In this document: one piece after another, positions 18,155-28,695 of the stretch | Position numbering within the stretch: position 1 is the stretch's first letter | Layout of the letters: each line of letters opens with the position of its first letter | Origin: Pseudomonadota bacterium | GTDB lineage: Bacteria; Pseudomonadota; Gammaproteobacteria; Xanthomonadales; Xanthomonadaceae | DNA: 64,000 bases | Assembly (NCBI GenBank): GCA_018240435.1 | Contig: JAFEFT010000002.1 | Coordinates: 35,262-99,261, forward strand | Direction of reading: 5' to 3' | Program-made: the position numbers and the translations under genes | Notes under the pieces: generated by a model | Told to the model about the DNA's origin: nothing | Databases searched by the model: none | Seen by the model: only the letters and a program-made list of their open reading frames with translations

Positions 18155-19564
18155 ATGTTGCCGCCGGCGTCACCATTGGACGAAGCGGTCGCCGCGCTGC
18201 GGCCGGTCGTGCGCGAGCTGCCATTATCCGTCGACTTGCTCGCCCTGCATCGCCGCTTCCCGCAGCGCTATCCGTTGCTGCTCGAAAGCGTTGCCGACGG
18301 CACCCCGCGGGCGCGTTGGGATTTGTTGCTGGTCACGAACGGGCAGGGCATCGTCGCCGATGCCGCCGGTGTGCATTCGCTGACCGGGCAGCCGGTGCCC
18401 GGCGGTTTTTTCGAAGCCCTCGATGCGGCCTGGCGACCGTGCGCGGCTCGATGGACAGGTGAATCGGCACACTGGCCGTTTCGTGGCGGCTGGGCGCTGT
18501 ACCTCGGTTACGAATTGGCCGGCGAGATCGAGCCGACGCTGCGCTTGCCACCGCCCGACACCTCGGCCATCCCGACGGCGCTGGCACTGCGTTGCCCGGC
18601 GGCCTTGCTGCGCGATCGCGAGCGTGGCGTGCTGGTCGCCGTCGCCGAGCCGGGCCATGAGGCGCTGCTCGATGGGCTGGCGCGCGACCTCGCGGTGCTC
18701 GCGGATGGCGAGGCGGCGCCGGACGAATGGCCGCCGCCGACGGCCGTCGAGGAAGACGATCCGCAAGGCTTTCTCGATGGCGTCGAGCGCGTGCACGAGC
18801 ACATCCGCGCCGGTGACACCTTCCAGGTCAACTTGTCGCGGCGGTGGCGGGCGCGCTTCGCAGCGCCACCGTCGCCCGGCGCGATCCATGCCCGCCTGCG
18901 TGCCGCCAATCCGGCACCGTTCGCGGCCTCGTTGATCCAGCCCGGCTGGGCGCTGGCCAGTTCCTCGCCGGAGCGCTTGCTGTCGGTGCGCGCCGGCATC
19001 GCGCAGACACGGCCGATCGCCGGCACCCGCCCGCGCCGCAGTGGCGAGGATGATGGCGAACGCGTGCGCGAGCTGATCGCGCATCCCAAGGAGCGCGCCG
19101 AGCACGTGATGCTGATCGACCTGGAGCGCAACGATCTCGGCCGCGTCTGCGTGCCGGGCAGCGTCGAGGTCGATGAGTTGATGGTGGTGGAGAGCTATGC
19201 GCACGTGCATCACATCGTCTCCAACGTGCGCGGCCGGCTGCGCGCCGAGGTGACGCCGGGGCAGGCGATCGCGGCGGTGTTTCCCGGCGGCACCATCACC
19301 GGCGCGCCGAAAGTGCGCTGCATGCAGATCATCGCCGCGCTCGAAGGCGTCGGTCGCGGCGAATACACCGGCGCCGTCGGTTATCTGGACCGCAATGGCG
19401 ATCTGGATCTCAACATCCTGATCCGCACCCTGCGCCAGGTCGGCGATGTCGTGTCGCTGCGCGCCGGCGCCGGCATCGTCGCCGATTCGGTGGGCGCGCT
19501 CGAACTCGATGAAACCCGCGCCAAGGCGCGCGGGATGTTGCGCGCGCTGAGTGTCGAAGAATGA
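18155..19564 (+). CDS. pabB: aminodeoxychorismate synthase component I
   Basis: Taken from Met60 of track ORF 17978..19564. It has chorismate-binding family motifs: SPERLL, IAGTRPR, KERAEHVMLIDLERNDLGRV, FPGGTITGAPKVRCMQII and YTGAVGY. Confidence 0.85.
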   Translation: MLPPASPLDEAVAALRPVVRELPLSVDLLALHRRFPQRYPLLLESVADGTPRARWDLLLVTNGQGIVADAAGVHSLTGQPVPGGFFEALDAAWRPCAARWTGESAHWPFRGGWALYLGYELAGEIEPTLRLPPPDTSAIPTALALRCPAALLRDRERGVLVAVAEPGHEALLDGLARDLAVLADGEAAPDEWPPPTAVEEDDPQGFLDGVERVHEHIRAGDTFQVNLSRRWRARFAAPPSPGAIHARLRAANPAPFAASLIQPGWALASSSPERLLSVRAGIAQTRPIAGTRPRRSGEDDGERVRELIAHPKERAEHVMLIDLERNDLGRVCVPGSVEVDELMVVESYAHVHHIVSNVRGRLRAEVTPGQAIAAVFPGGTITGAPKVRCMQIIAALEGVGRGEYTGAVGYLDRNGDLDLNILIRTLRQVGDVVSLRAGAGIVADSVGALELDETRAKARGMLRALSVEE

Positions 19565-20388
19565 GCGAAAACATGCGTATCTGGCGTGGCGAGGAACCAG
19601 TCGACGCGATTGATCCGGGCGATCGCGGCCTGGCCTACGGCGATGGCCTGTTCGAGACGATGCGCGTGCACGAGGGCCGTGTCGTCTGGTGGCAGGCGCA
19701 TCGGCAGCGGCTCGCGCGCGGCGGCGACGTGCTGCACATCGTCATGCCCGATGCGGATTTCCTTTGCCGGCAAGTCGATGCCATCGCTGCCGACTGCGCA
19801 GACGGCGTGCTGAAGTTGATCCTCACCCGCGGCATCGGCGAGCGCGGTTATGCGGTCTCCGCGGCCGCCAGGCCGACGCTCGTATTGGCGCTGTCCGATG
19901 TGCCGCCACCACTGCCGCCGGCCGGGCTGACGCTGCGCTGGTGCGACACGCGCTGGGCGATCCAGCCGCCGCTTGCCGGCATCAAGCATCTCAACCGCCT
20001 CGAACAGGTGCTGGCGCGCGCCGAGTGGAGCGATCCGGCGATCCACGAAGGACTGGTTTGCGATACCGCAGGCCGCGTCGTTTCGGCGACGGCAACCAAT
20101 CTGTTCGTGCTGCGCGACGGCCGCTGGCTGACGCCGCCGGTGCGCGATTGCGGCATTGCCGGCATCTGCCGCGACTGGCTGTTGCGGCACGTTCCGGGCG
20201 CGGCGGAAGCGGAATTGCGGCCGGCCGATGTCGAGTCGGCGCCGGCCATCATCCTTTGCAACGCGGTGCGCGGTATCCTTCCGGTGGCGGCGCTCGGCGA
20301 GCGGCGCTGGGTGCCACTCGATGAGGTGCGGCGGCTCGTCGCGGTGCTGGCGGAAGCCGAACCGGCGTTCGCGGCGATGCCGCAATGA
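19561..20388 (+). CDS. pabC: aminodeoxychorismate lyase (class IV aminotransferase fold)
   Basis: A 275-aa ORF with a 4-nt overlap with pabB. It carries RGLAYGDGLFET and GIKHLNRLEQVLA motifs, in the conserved position before mltG. Confidence 0.8.
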   Translation: MSENMRIWRGEEPVDAIDPGDRGLAYGDGLFETMRVHEGRVVWWQAHRQRLARGGDVLHIVMPDADFLCRQVDAIAADCADGVLKLILTRGIGERGYAVSAAARPTLVLALSDVPPPLPPAGLTLRWCDTRWAIQPPLAGIKHLNRLEQVLARAEWSDPAIHEGLVCDTAGRVVSATATNLFVLRDGRWLTPPVRDCGIAGICRDWLLRHVPGAAEAELRPADVESAPAIILCNAVRGILPVAALGERRWVPLDEVRRLVAVLAEAEPAFAAMPQ

Positions 20389-20443
20389 TTTTTCGCGGGG
20401 CGCGTGAACCCATGAACCAACGTTCCATTGCCACGGTGCCGAT

Positions 20444-21505
20444 GTGACCGACCAACCCAAGCGCAGCCTGTTCCGCCGCATCGTCTCGGCCTTCTTCAAG
20501 CTTTTGGTGCTGGCCGTGCTGGTCGCTGGCGGCTTGGGCTATGTGCATTTCCGGCGCTTCACCACGACGCCGGTCGGCGGTGCCGACACCCGCATCGAGA
20601 TCCGCCGTGGCGAGGCGCTCACCGGCGTGGTCAAGGGCTTGCGCGATGCCGGCGTGACGGCGGGCAACGACGTCGAATGGCAGCTGCTGGCGGCGAAGAT
20701 GGGCGTGCGTTCGAAGATGCAGGTCGGCGAATACGCCATCACCGCGAGCATGACGCCCGAGCAGATCCTGCGCGACATCGCCACCGGCAAGGTGATCCAG
20801 TACAAGTTCACCATCGTCGAAGGCTGGAACATGCGCGAGCTGCGCACGGCGCTGAAGACGGCCCCGCACCTGCAGCACCTGCTGGAGGCGACCAGCGACA
20901 AGGCCCTGATGCAGCAGCTGGGCAGGCCACGGCTGCAGCCCGAAGGGCGCTTCTTGCCCGAAACCTACCTGTACACCAACGGCAGCACCGACATCCAGCT
21001 GTTGCATCGTGCCGCCGCGGCGATGGACAAGGCGCTGGGCAATGCCTGGGATCATCGCGATCCGACGCTCACGCTCAAATCGCCCGACGAAGCGCTGATC
21101 CTGGCCTCGATCGTCGAGAAAGAAACCGCGCAGGCCGACGAGCGGCCGAAGATCGCCGGCGTATTCGTGCGCCGTCTGCAGCAGGGCATGAAGCTGGAGA
21201 CCGATCCGAGCGTGATCTACGGGCTGGGCGGCAGCTACAACGGCACCATCACCCGGCATGACCTGATCGTCGATACGCCGTACAACACCTACACGCGTTT
21301 CGGATTGCCGCCGACGCCGATCGCGATGCCGGGGCTGGCGGCATTGCGGGCGGCGACCCATCCCGAGCCGGGCAGCGCCTTGTTCTTCGTCGCCAGCGGC
21401 AATGGCGGCCATGTCTTTTCGGCGACGCTGGCCGAACACAACGTGGCCGTGGCGCGCTATGTGAAGCTGCAACGCGAGAAAAAGCAGCAACAAGCGCAGC
21501 CATGA
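20444..21505 (+). CDS. mltG: endolytic murein transglycosylase MltG (YceG family)
   Basis: A 353-aa ORF with an N-terminal TM anchor. ASIVEKET, DPSVIYG and YNTYTRFGLPPTPIAMPG are YceG hallmarks. Confidence 0.9.
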   Translation: MTDQPKRSLFRRIVSAFFKLLVLAVLVAGGLGYVHFRRFTTTPVGGADTRIEIRRGEALTGVVKGLRDAGVTAGNDVEWQLLAAKMGVRSKMQVGEYAITASMTPEQILRDIATGKVIQYKFTIVEGWNMRELRTALKTAPHLQHLLEATSDKALMQQLGRPRLQPEGRFLPETYLYTNGSTDIQLLHRAAAAMDKALGNAWDHRDPTLTLKSPDEALILASIVEKETAQADERPKIAGVFVRRLQQGMKLETDPSVIYGLGGSYNGTITRHDLIVDTPYNTYTRFGLPPTPIAMPGLAALRAATHPEPGSALFFVASGNGGHVFSATLAEHNVAVARYVKLQREKKQQQAQP

Positions 21506-22128
21506 GTGGGCGTCTGATCAGCGTCGAAGGCGGCGAGGGTGCCGGCAAGTCGAGCGTGATGGCGGCGATTCGCGCGGCCATCGAGAGTCGGAACGTCGAG
21601 GTCGTGCAGACGCGCGAGCCGGGCGGCACCGCGGTCGGCGAAGCGATCCGTGCCCTGCTGCTCGATCCGGCGCACACCATCGCCGCGCCGGCCGAGCTGC
21701 TGCTGATGTTCGCGGCGCGCGCGCAACTGGTGCGCGAACTCGTGCAGCCGGCGCTGGCGCGCGGTGCGTGGGTGCTCAGTGACCGCTTCAGCGATGCCAG
21801 TTTTGCGTATCAGGGTGGCGGTCGAGGCATCGATTCGGCGCTCGTTGCCGAACTGGAGCGAGGTTTCGTCGGAATCAAGCCCGACCTGACCTTCCTGCTC
21901 GATGTCGACGTGCGCCAGGGCCACGCGCGGCTGGCCGGGCGCGGCGGCGTTCGCGACCGCATCGAGCGCGAGCGCGAGGATTTCTTCGAGCGCGTGCGTC
22001 AGATCTATCTGCAACGGGCCGCCGCCGAGCCGGCACGGTTCCGGGTGATCGACGCCGGCGCCGAGCAGGCGGCGGTGGTGACGGCAGTGACGGCGGCGCT
22101 GGATGCGGCGATCGCGGCATGGACATGA
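21502..22128 (+). CDS. tmk: thymidylate kinase
   Basis: A 208-aa ORF with the P-loop ISVEGGEGAGKSS and the DRFSDASFAYQG motif. Confidence 0.92.
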   Translation: MSGRLISVEGGEGAGKSSVMAAIRAAIESRNVEVVQTREPGGTAVGEAIRALLLDPAHTIAAPAELLLMFAARAQLVRELVQPALARGAWVLSDRFSDASFAYQGGGRGIDSALVAELERGFVGIKPDLTFLLDVDVRQGHARLAGRGGVRDRIEREREDFFERVRQIYLQRAAAEPARFRVIDAGAEQAAVVTAVTAALDAAIAAWT

Positions 22129-23093
22129 CCGATCGTCCGCCGTGGCTGCAAGCGCCGTTGCAGCGCGCCGTGGCCGCGCTGGCGACCGGTCGGCTGGCGC
22201 ATGGCCTGCTGGTGTGCGGCGCCGAGCACATCGGCAAGCGCGCGTTCGCGGCGGCGCTGGCGGGCGCCGTGCTGTGCCGCCAGCGCGTCGACGGCGCCGC
22301 CTGCGGGCGTTGCCGCGATTGCGTGCTGGTCGCTGCCGGCACCCATCCGGATCTGCGCACGCTTTCATACGCCGAAAGCGAAAAGACCGGCGTGCTGCGC
22401 AAGGAAATCGTCATCGAGCAAGTACGCGAGCTTGCCGCGTGGCTGACCTTGACCGCGCAACGCGGCGGCGCCCTGGTGGCGATCATCGACCCGGCCACGG
22501 CGATGAACCACCATGCCGCCAATGCCCTGCTCAAGGCGCTCGAAGAGCCGTTGCCGGGTCGCTATCTGCTGCTGCTTTGCGTGGCGCCGGCGCAGCTGCC
22601 GGCCACCATCCGCAGCCGTTGCCAGCGCATCGTGCTGCAACCGCCACCGACGGCCGAGGCGCTGGCGTGGCTGCGCCGGCGCGGGCACGCCGAAACGACG
22701 GCAGCGGCGGCGCTGGCGGCGGCGCGCGGCCACCCGGGGCTGGCCGCGCATTGGTTGGATAGCGGCTTGATCGAGCTGCGCCAAGGCGTGCATGCCGACC
22801 TGGCGGCGATCGTGCAAGGTCGCAGCAGCCCGCTGGAAGTGGCCGCGCAGTGGCTGGGCGACGACCGCGCCGGCGAGCGTTTGCAGTTTGCCGCCGAGCA
22901 TGCGGTCGAACGTGCTGCCATTGCATTGGCGGCGACCACCGGCGCGGCGCGCAGCGCAAGCGGCGATGCCGACAAGCTGGCGACGTGGTTCGCTGCCGCC
23001 AACCGCACCCGCGAACTGCTGCGCACGCCGATCCGCGGCGACCTCGCGCTGGCCGGGCTGTTGCGGGAATGGCGGCTGGCGATGGCCGGATGA
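22119..23093 (+). CDS. holB: DNA polymerase III delta-prime subunit
   Basis: A 324-aa ORF overlapping tmk. It has HGLLVCGAEHIGKRAFA, a CGRCRDC zinc module and ANALLKALEEP. Confidence 0.85.
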   Translation: MDMTDRPPWLQAPLQRAVAALATGRLAHGLLVCGAEHIGKRAFAAALAGAVLCRQRVDGAACGRCRDCVLVAAGTHPDLRTLSYAESEKTGVLRKEIVIEQVRELAAWLTLTAQRGGALVAIIDPATAMNHHAANALLKALEEPLPGRYLLLLCVAPAQLPATIRSRCQRIVLQPPPTAEALAWLRRRGHAETTAAAALAAARGHPGLAAHWLDSGLIELRQGVHADLAAIVQGRSSPLEVAAQWLGDDRAGERLQFAAEHAVERAAIALAATTGAARSASGDADKLATWFAAANRTRELLRTPIRGDLALAGLLREWRLAMAG

Positions 23094-23178
23094 GGGCGCC
23101 GCAGCGACCGCCGGCGGTTGCGCCACGTCTGCCGGAACGGCGCTACACTGGCGGCAGTCGCAATCGGGGGCAACGACC

Positions 23179-23535
23179 ATGATGGGAGCAGGCGGCGCGC
23201 GGCAGGGCATCCTGTCGCTGGCCTTGAAGGACAAGAACGCGGTGTACGCGGCCTATCTGCCGTACGTGAAGAACGGCGGCATCTTCATCGCCACTCCCAA
23301 GCGCTACAACCTCGGCGACGAGGTGTTCGTGTTGATGACCCTGCCCGAGAGCAGCGAACGCCTGCCGGTGGCCGGCAAGGTGGTGTGGATCACGCCGAAC
23401 AATGCGCAGGGCAACCGCCCGGCCGGGATCGGCGTGCAGTTCTCCGAATCCAACGAGGCCGAAGCTGCGCGTGGCAAGGTCGAGGCCATCCTCGCCGGCC
23501 TGAGCAATTCCGACCGCCCCACCGCGACGATGTGA
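23179..23535 (+). CDS. pilZ: type IV pilus assembly PilZ-domain protein
   Basis: This is the last 118 aa of track ORF 22792..23535 (MMGAGGARQGILSLALKDKNAVYAAYLPYVKNGGIFI...GIGVQF). It occupies the conserved holB-pilZ position known from Pseudomonas and Xanthomonas. Confidence 0.85.
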   Translation: MMGAGGARQGILSLALKDKNAVYAAYLPYVKNGGIFIATPKRYNLGDEVFVLMTLPESSERLPVAGKVVWITPNNAQGNRPAGIGVQFSESNEAEAARGKVEAILAGLSNSDRPTATM

Positions 23536-23720
23536 TCGGCGTTGCGGGCGCAACGCGCCGGTCGCTGCGCCCGGGGGCCGTGAGCATCCACTTCCCGTGG
23601 AAACGATCGGCGCCGCATCCGGTGCATGCCCGGACGCGCCTTGCTGATCGATCACCTGCGCGATCGATCCGAGGCCGGTCGGCCGTGGCCGGCCGGCGCG
23701 GCTGAAAAACGCGCAACCTC

Positions 23721-25568
23721 TCAGACATCACGCGGATCGAACGCGTTTCCCGTTGCCATCATCGTCGCCGGCTCGCCCGCGCCGTGCACGGCCACGCGAT
23801 TGCGACCGTCGCGCTTGGCTTGATATAATGAGCGATCGGCGTGCGCCAGCACCACCTTCAGGTCGTGGCCGACATCGCGCGTGCTGGCGATGCCGAAGCT
23901 GGCGGTGACGGCAAACGGCAGGCGCGCCGGCAGATCGTGCAATGCCGCGATCCGCGCGCGCATCGTCTCGGCGAGTTCGGCGGCGCGTTCGCGGACGCAA
24001 TCGGGCAGCAGGATCGCGAATTCCTCGCCGCCCAGACGGCCGAAAATGGCGTCCGACCCCAGATGGGCCTTGCAGCAGTCGACCGTGTGGCGCAGCGCCG
24101 CGTCGCCGGCGGCATGGCCGTGCTCGTCGTTGACGCGCTTGAAGTGGTCCAGGTCGATGGTGAGCATGCTGGCCTCGCGGGCATCCTTCCGGCTGGCCGC
24201 CAACAACTGTTCGGCCCGTTCCATGAAGTGCTGGTGATTGCAGATGCCGGTCAGGCCGTCGCGCCGGGCGAGGTCGCGGAACTTGCGTTGTGCACGCCGG
24301 GTGCGGACGGCATACAAGGCTACCGATCCGACCAGGAGCAGCAACAGTGCGATCGCCAGCTGCACGGCCAGCAGGCTGCGCGCCTGGGCCTGCCGCTTGA
24401 GCGCGAGCAGCTGGTTCTGCTGCTGCAGTGCTGCGACCTGATCCTTCTTGCTCCGTACCCGTTGCGCCACCGTCTGGTAGGCCAGCGCGCTGGTGCTGAC
24501 GGCGTTGAGATAGCTCTTTTCCGCGGCGGCGGAACGTTCCAGGTAACCCAGCGCGGCGGCGTCGTCGCCTTGCTTGCGGGCGATCTGGTAGAGCACCTGC
24601 CAGGCGTCCGCAATCGCCTTGGAGTGCGCGCCGACGCCGGCGTGCTCGATGGCACTGCGGGCATATTGGCCCGCTCGCGCGAGATCGCCATGGCGCAGCA
24701 TGGCGGTGGCGAGCGTGGCGCGGAACGGCGGAATCAGCGCCGTCGATCCGGTCGCCATCGCTTCGGCGTCGAACGGCAGCAGCGATGCCAGCGCCGCTTC
24801 GACGTCGCCCCGCCCCAGGCGGACGTTCGCGACCGACACCCGGATGATGTTGGCGAAGATCGTCTCGCCGACGTCGCGGCAGGCCGCGATGCCATCGTCG
24901 ATCGCCGGTTCATCCAGGCCCAGCTTGCCGTTGCGCTCCAGGGCGTTGACCTTGGTCGCGCTCATGATGCAAGTCGACAACGCCCCGTGATCGAACGCCA
25001 GCGCCGCATCGATGTAGCGCATCGCCAGGTCGAACTGGCCGGCGTCGACGTACATCGAACTGGCCGACGCCAGCACGAGAAAGTGGGCATCGTGATCGGT
25101 AATCGTCGGCAGCCCGTCGAGCAGCGACTCGATGTTGGCGTAGGCGTCCACGAGATGATTGCTGTTGATCTGATCGTCGATCACGCTGATGCGCGCACGG
25201 GCGCGCACGGTCGGGTCGCGGGTGCGCGCCAGCAGGGCATTGAAGCGAATCAGCGCTTGCGGATAGTTGCCGTCGTATCCGGTTTGCCATGCATGCAGGT
25301 AATCGAGCCAGTCGCGTTGAACCGCCGTCATGCCGCCTGCATTGGCGTCGAGCTCGGCCAGCAGCGACTGGAACCCGGCGTTGTCGGTGCGCTTGATGCG
25401 GTCGGCGTGCTGCAGTCGTGCATCGATGGTGGAGGTTTGCGCGAGCGCTGCATCGGTGGGCGTGGGCGCCGCGTGCGCAATCGCGCAGGCCATCAGCATC
25501 GCGACGATCAGCCAGTGCCGCCACGAGCGGCGGCGATGGCGCCATTGCGTTGCGCTGGCGATGGACAT
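23721..25568 (-). CDS. membrane-anchored diguanylate cyclase (periplasmic TPR-like sensor, TM helix, GGDEF domain)
   Basis: Taken from Met83 of track ORF 23721..25814, because the upstream part of that ORF overlaps the tRNA. It has a signal/TM segment WLIVAMLMACAIAHA, helical repeats, the TM helix LLAVQLAIALLLLLVGSVALYAV, then RRDGLTGICNHQHF...RLGGEEFAILL. Confidence 0.85.
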   Translation of the reverse strand: MSIASATQWRHRRRSWRHWLIVAMLMACAIAHAAPTPTDAALAQTSTIDARLQHADRIKRTDNAGFQSLLAELDANAGGMTAVQRDWLDYLHAWQTGYDGNYPQALIRFNALLARTRDPTVRARARISVIDDQINSNHLVDAYANIESLLDGLPTITDHDAHFLVLASASSMYVDAGQFDLAMRYIDAALAFDHGALSTCIMSATKVNALERNGKLGLDEPAIDDGIAACRDVGETIFANIIRVSVANVRLGRGDVEAALASLLPFDAEAMATGSTALIPPFRATLATAMLRHGDLARAGQYARSAIEHAGVGAHSKAIADAWQVLYQIARKQGDDAAALGYLERSAAAEKSYLNAVSTSALAYQTVAQRVRSKKDQVAALQQQNQLLALKRQAQARSLLAVQLAIALLLLLVGSVALYAVRTRRAQRKFRDLARRDGLTGICNHQHFMERAEQLLAASRKDAREASMLTIDLDHFKRVNDEHGHAAGDAALRHTVDCCKAHLGSDAIFGRLGGEEFAILLPDCVRERAAELAETMRARIAALHDLPARLPFAVTASFGIASTRDVGHDLKVVLAHADRSLYQAKRDGRNRVAVHGAGEPATMMATGNAFDPRDV

Positions 25569-25774
25569 GAGGGCCGTTGCCTGTCGATCCGGGAGGGCGG
25601 GACTGCCACGCCCGGTGGTGATACTGCACCCGAACGCCGGGTCGGACAACGCCGCCGCGCCGGGCGCGTTCGCCGTTGCGGTGAGGCCGGCCGCCGTGTG
25701 CCCGGAGACGCCATCGCGGCCATCGAAGCTCGGTGCAGGGGCCGCTGATGCGGGGCTCGATGTGAGGCTCGATG

Positions 25775-25803
25775 TTGCAATCAGTCGCCAGCACCCCCAT
25801 AAT
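25775..25803 (+). promoter_or_regulatory. sigma-70 type promoter for the initiator tRNA gene
   Basis: TTGCAA (25775-25780), a 17-nt spacer, then CATAAT (25798-25803), which ends 14 nt before the mature tRNA 5-prime end. Confidence 0.55.
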
Positions 25804-25817
25804 TCGAGTTCCACTGC

Positions 25818-25894
25818 TGCGGGGTGGAGCAGTCTGGCAGCTCGTCGGGCTCATAACCCGAAGGTCGCAGGTTCAAATCCTGCCCCCGCTACCA
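25818..25894 (+). tRNA. initiator tRNA-fMet (anticodon CAT)
   Basis: A 77-nt cloverleaf: TGCGGGG-T-GGAGCAGTCTGGCAGCTC-GTCGGGCTCATAACCCGAAG-GTC-GCAGGTTCAAATCCTGC-CCCCGCT-A-CCA. It has the three consecutive G:C pairs in the anticodon stem and an unpaired 1:72 position, both characteristic of bacterial initiators, and an encoded CCA end. Confidence 0.93.
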
Positions 25895-26077
25895 TCGTCG
25901 ACATCGTTCCCGAGCGCGTGCGTGGTCCTGCCGCGCCCGGCGACGCGATTCCCACCTCGGAAGTCTCCGCCGCTCGCGCGTCTGGCGAGTGGATGGTCGC
26001 CGGGCACCGTCCGACCGTGCACGGTCCGGCCGGATTGGCTATCGTGCCAGCCTTGCGAACACGACAAGGCTTCGCCG

Positions 26078-28621
26078 ATGCGCCGTCAACGCCGTTTGGC
26101 CGAACCCCCGGGCATCGATCGCGCGCGGCCGTCGCGCGCGGGCAGAGCCTGGTTGCTGGCGCTGCTGCTGGCGGCGACGTGGCTGCCGGGCGCGGCGGCG
26201 GCGCCGGCCGATGCCGGCAAGGTATTCGCGAATGCGGTGGCGCTGGACGGCTTGCTGCCGGTGCATGTCGATCGCGGCCAAGGCCGCATCCTGATCACCT
26301 TGCCGGCGGCTGGCCGCGACGGCATCTGCGCGCGCTTTCTTTACACCACGGCGCTGCGCACCGGGCTGGGTTCGGCGCCGACGTTCCTCGATCGCGGCCG
26401 GGTCGGCAGCACGCAACTGCTCGCCTTCCGCCGCTATGGCGCGAAGATGGCGATCGTGTTCGAGAACCCGCGCTTTCGCGCCGCCGGCGCTTCGGCTGAG
26501 GATGCCAGCCCGGATTTCGCCACCTCGATCGTGTGGATGGGCGACATCGCCGCGACCCTGCCCGATGGCCGCACGGTGGTGAATCTGGCAAGTTTCCTGA
26601 CCAGCGACACGCTCGGCATCGCCGATGCGCTCGATCAGCGCGGCGATACCTTCGGCGTCGGCGGCGCGCAGGGCGCGGGCAAAGGGTTTGCGCTCGACGG
26701 CAAGCTCAGCGCGGTCGATCCGGCGTCGGTGAAGGTATTTCCCGACAACGTCGAGATCGATGCGGTGCAAACCTTTTCGAGCACGACGCCGGGCGACGAG
26801 GTCGCCAACATCGCGCCGCAGCCGCAGCAGGTCAGCTTCACCGTCCACCACAGTTTCGTGCGGCTGCCGCCGCCGGGATTCCACATGCGCCGTTTCGATC
26901 CGCGCGTCGGTGGATTTTCGACCCAGGTGGTCGAATACGGGCAACCACTGGGCGAGGACGTGGTGCGCGATTACGCCAATCGGTTCCGCCTCGACAAGAT
27001 CGATCCGGGCGCGGCGCGCTCGAAGGTGCGCAAGCCGATCGTGTTCTACATCGACCGCAACGCGCCCGAGCCGATCCGTTCGGCCTTGATCGAGGGCGCG
27101 AGCTGGTGGAGCAAGGCCTTCGATGGCGCCGGTTACATCGACGCCTTTCAGGTGAAGCTGCTGCCCGAAGGGGTCGATCCGATGGACGTGCGCTACAACG
27201 TCGTCAACTGGGTCGATCGCGCCACCCGTGGCTGGTCGTACGGGCAGGAGATCGTCGATCCGCGCACCGGCGAGGTGGTCAAGGGCATGGTCGTGCTCGG
27301 CTCGCTGCGGGCGCGGCAGGATGTGCAGATTTTCGAAGGTCTGGTCGGCGCGAAAATGCTCGGCAAGGGCGGGCCGAACGATCCGCAGCAGGCGGCGCTG
27401 GCGCGCTTGCGCCAGCTCGCCGCACACGAAGTAGGTCACACCCTCGGCTTCGCCCACAATTTTGCCGCCAGCACGCAAGATCGCGCTTCGGTGATGGACT
27501 ATCCGCCGCCGCGAATCGGGCTGGTCGATGGCCGTCCCGATCTCAGCGATGCCTACGCGGTCGGCGTCGGCCGCTGGGACATGGCGACGGTCGACTGGCT
27601 GTATGGCGAGCCGCCGCCGGGGCAGGATGCGCAGGCGTTCATCGACGCCAAGGCGAGCGCCGACATGGCCGCCGGCATGCGCTACATCGAAGACGCCAAT
27701 GCTCGCGCCGACGACACCGCGCAGCCGTGGGCGTCGCTGTGGGACGACGGCGCCGATGCGACCGCCGAGCTGACGCGGCTGCTGCGTGTGCGGCAGGCGG
27801 CGCTGGCGCGATTCGGGCTGGATTCGCTGGCACCCGGCGAGCCGCTGGCGAACCTGCCGCGCCGGTTCGTGCCGGTGTGGCTGCTGCATCGCTATCAGGT
27901 GGTGGCGGCGACCAAGGCGATCGGCGGCGTCGAGCTGTCGTACGCGGTCAATGGCGGCGGTCACGAAGCCGCGCCGCCGGTGCCGGCTACAGCGCAACGT
28001 GCCGCGCTCGCGTCGGTGCTGGCGACCTTGTCGCCGGATGTGCTGCGCGTTCCCGATCGCTTGCTGCCATTGCTGTCGGCAGCGCGCAATGGCAGCGGCA
28101 ACCGCCAGTACGACATCGAATTGTTCGACGGCCCCGGCGGGCCGGTGTTCGATCCGCTGGTCGCCGCCGACAGCGTCGCCGAGGTGACGCTCGATGCCTT
28201 GCTGGCACCGGCGCGGCTGGCCCGGGTGGATGCCCAGCACGCGATCGATCCTGCCACGCTCGGCGTCAACGAATTGCTCGACCGCCTGCTGGCGACCACG
28301 CTGCCGGCGCACACCGACGCACTGACGCGGCGCATCGCCTATCGCACCCTCATCACCATCGCGCAGGTGGCGCAGCGCCCGAAGACGCCGCCCGGTGTCG
28401 CGCTCGCCTTGAACCAGCGACTGCACACGGTGGCGCTGGCATTGGCGCAACGGTCGGGGGACGCCGCCGAACGCGACTGGGCGGCGAGCCTGTCGCGGCA
28501 ACTGCTCGATCCGCAGCAGCTCGACAAGCTGCTGGCCGAACGCCCACGCAAGGTTTCCGTGCCGCCCGGTTCACCGATCGGCGATCCAGGCGACTGGCTG
28601 GCGACGCCCGGCGACGAGTGA
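26078..28621 (+). CDS. secreted zinc-dependent metalloprotease (DUF5117/DUF4953-type large Zn protease)
   Basis: Taken from Met103 of track ORF 25772..28621 ([12 protein letters not shown]..., signal-like [17 protein letters not shown]). It has the [18 protein letters not shown] motif. Confidence 0.75.
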   Translation: MRRQRRLAEPPGIDRARPSRAGRAWLLALLLAATWLPGAAAAPADAGKVFANAVALDGLLPVHVDRGQGRILITLPAAGRDGICARFLYTTALRTGLGSAPTFLDRGRVGSTQLLAFRRYGAKMAIVFENPRFRAAGASAEDASPDFATSIVWMGDIAATLPDGRTVVNLASFLTSDTLGIADALDQRGDTFGVGGAQGAGKGFALDGKLSAVDPASVKVFPDNVEIDAVQTFSSTTPGDEVANIAPQPQQVSFTVHHSFVRLPPPGFHMRRFDPRVGGFSTQVVEYGQPLGEDVVRDYANRFRLDKIDPGAARSKVRKPIVFYIDRNAPEPIRSALIEGASWWSKAFDGAGYIDAFQVKLLPEGVDPMDVRYNVVNWVDRATRGWSYGQEIVDPRTGEVVKGMVVLGSLRARQDVQIFEGLVGAKMLGKGGPNDPQQAALARLRQLAAHEVGHTLGFAHNFAASTQDRASVMDYPPPRIGLVDGRPDLSDAYAVGVGRWDMATVDWLYGEPPPGQDAQAFIDAKASADMAAGMRYIEDANARADDTAQPWASLWDDGADATAELTRLLRVRQAALARFGLDSLAPGEPLANLPRRFVPVWLLHRYQVVAATKAIGGVELSYAVNGGGHEAAPPVPATAQRAALASVLATLSPDVLRVPDRLLPLLSAARNGSGNRQYDIELFDGPGGPVFDPLVAADSVAEVTLDALLAPARLARVDAQHAIDPATLGVNELLDRLLATTLPAHTDALTRRIAYRTLITIAQVAQRPKTPPGVALALNQRLHTVALALAQRSGDAAERDWAASLSRQLLDPQQLDKLLAERPRKVSVPPGSPIGDPGDWLATPGDE

Positions 28622-28695
28622 GTGGCGGCGATGGGTGCGTGACGGGCGAGCTCGGGGGCGCTGCTATCATCGGCTTTTGCCAACGCCATAGCGCC

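Noticed and set aside
23539-23556. A short hairpin, gcgttgc-gggc-gcaacgc, right after the pilZ stop, considered as a terminator.
   Set aside because: It has only a 7-bp stem and no following T-tract. It is not distinguishable from chance GC-rich palindromes, so I did not list it as a feature.
25772-26077. An N-terminal 102-codon extension of the metalloprotease ORF. A similar case is the first 82 codons of the diguanylate cyclase ORF (25569-25814).
   Set aside because: Both extensions run across the tRNA-fMet gene and its promoter. Internal Met codons followed by signal/TM peptides give sensible starts.
25569-26077. tRNA-fMet as a possible integration hotspot or genomic island border.
   Set aside because: There is no integrase, no direct repeat of the tRNA 3-prime end, and no compositional shift on either side. 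The flanking genes are ordinary chromosomal genes.
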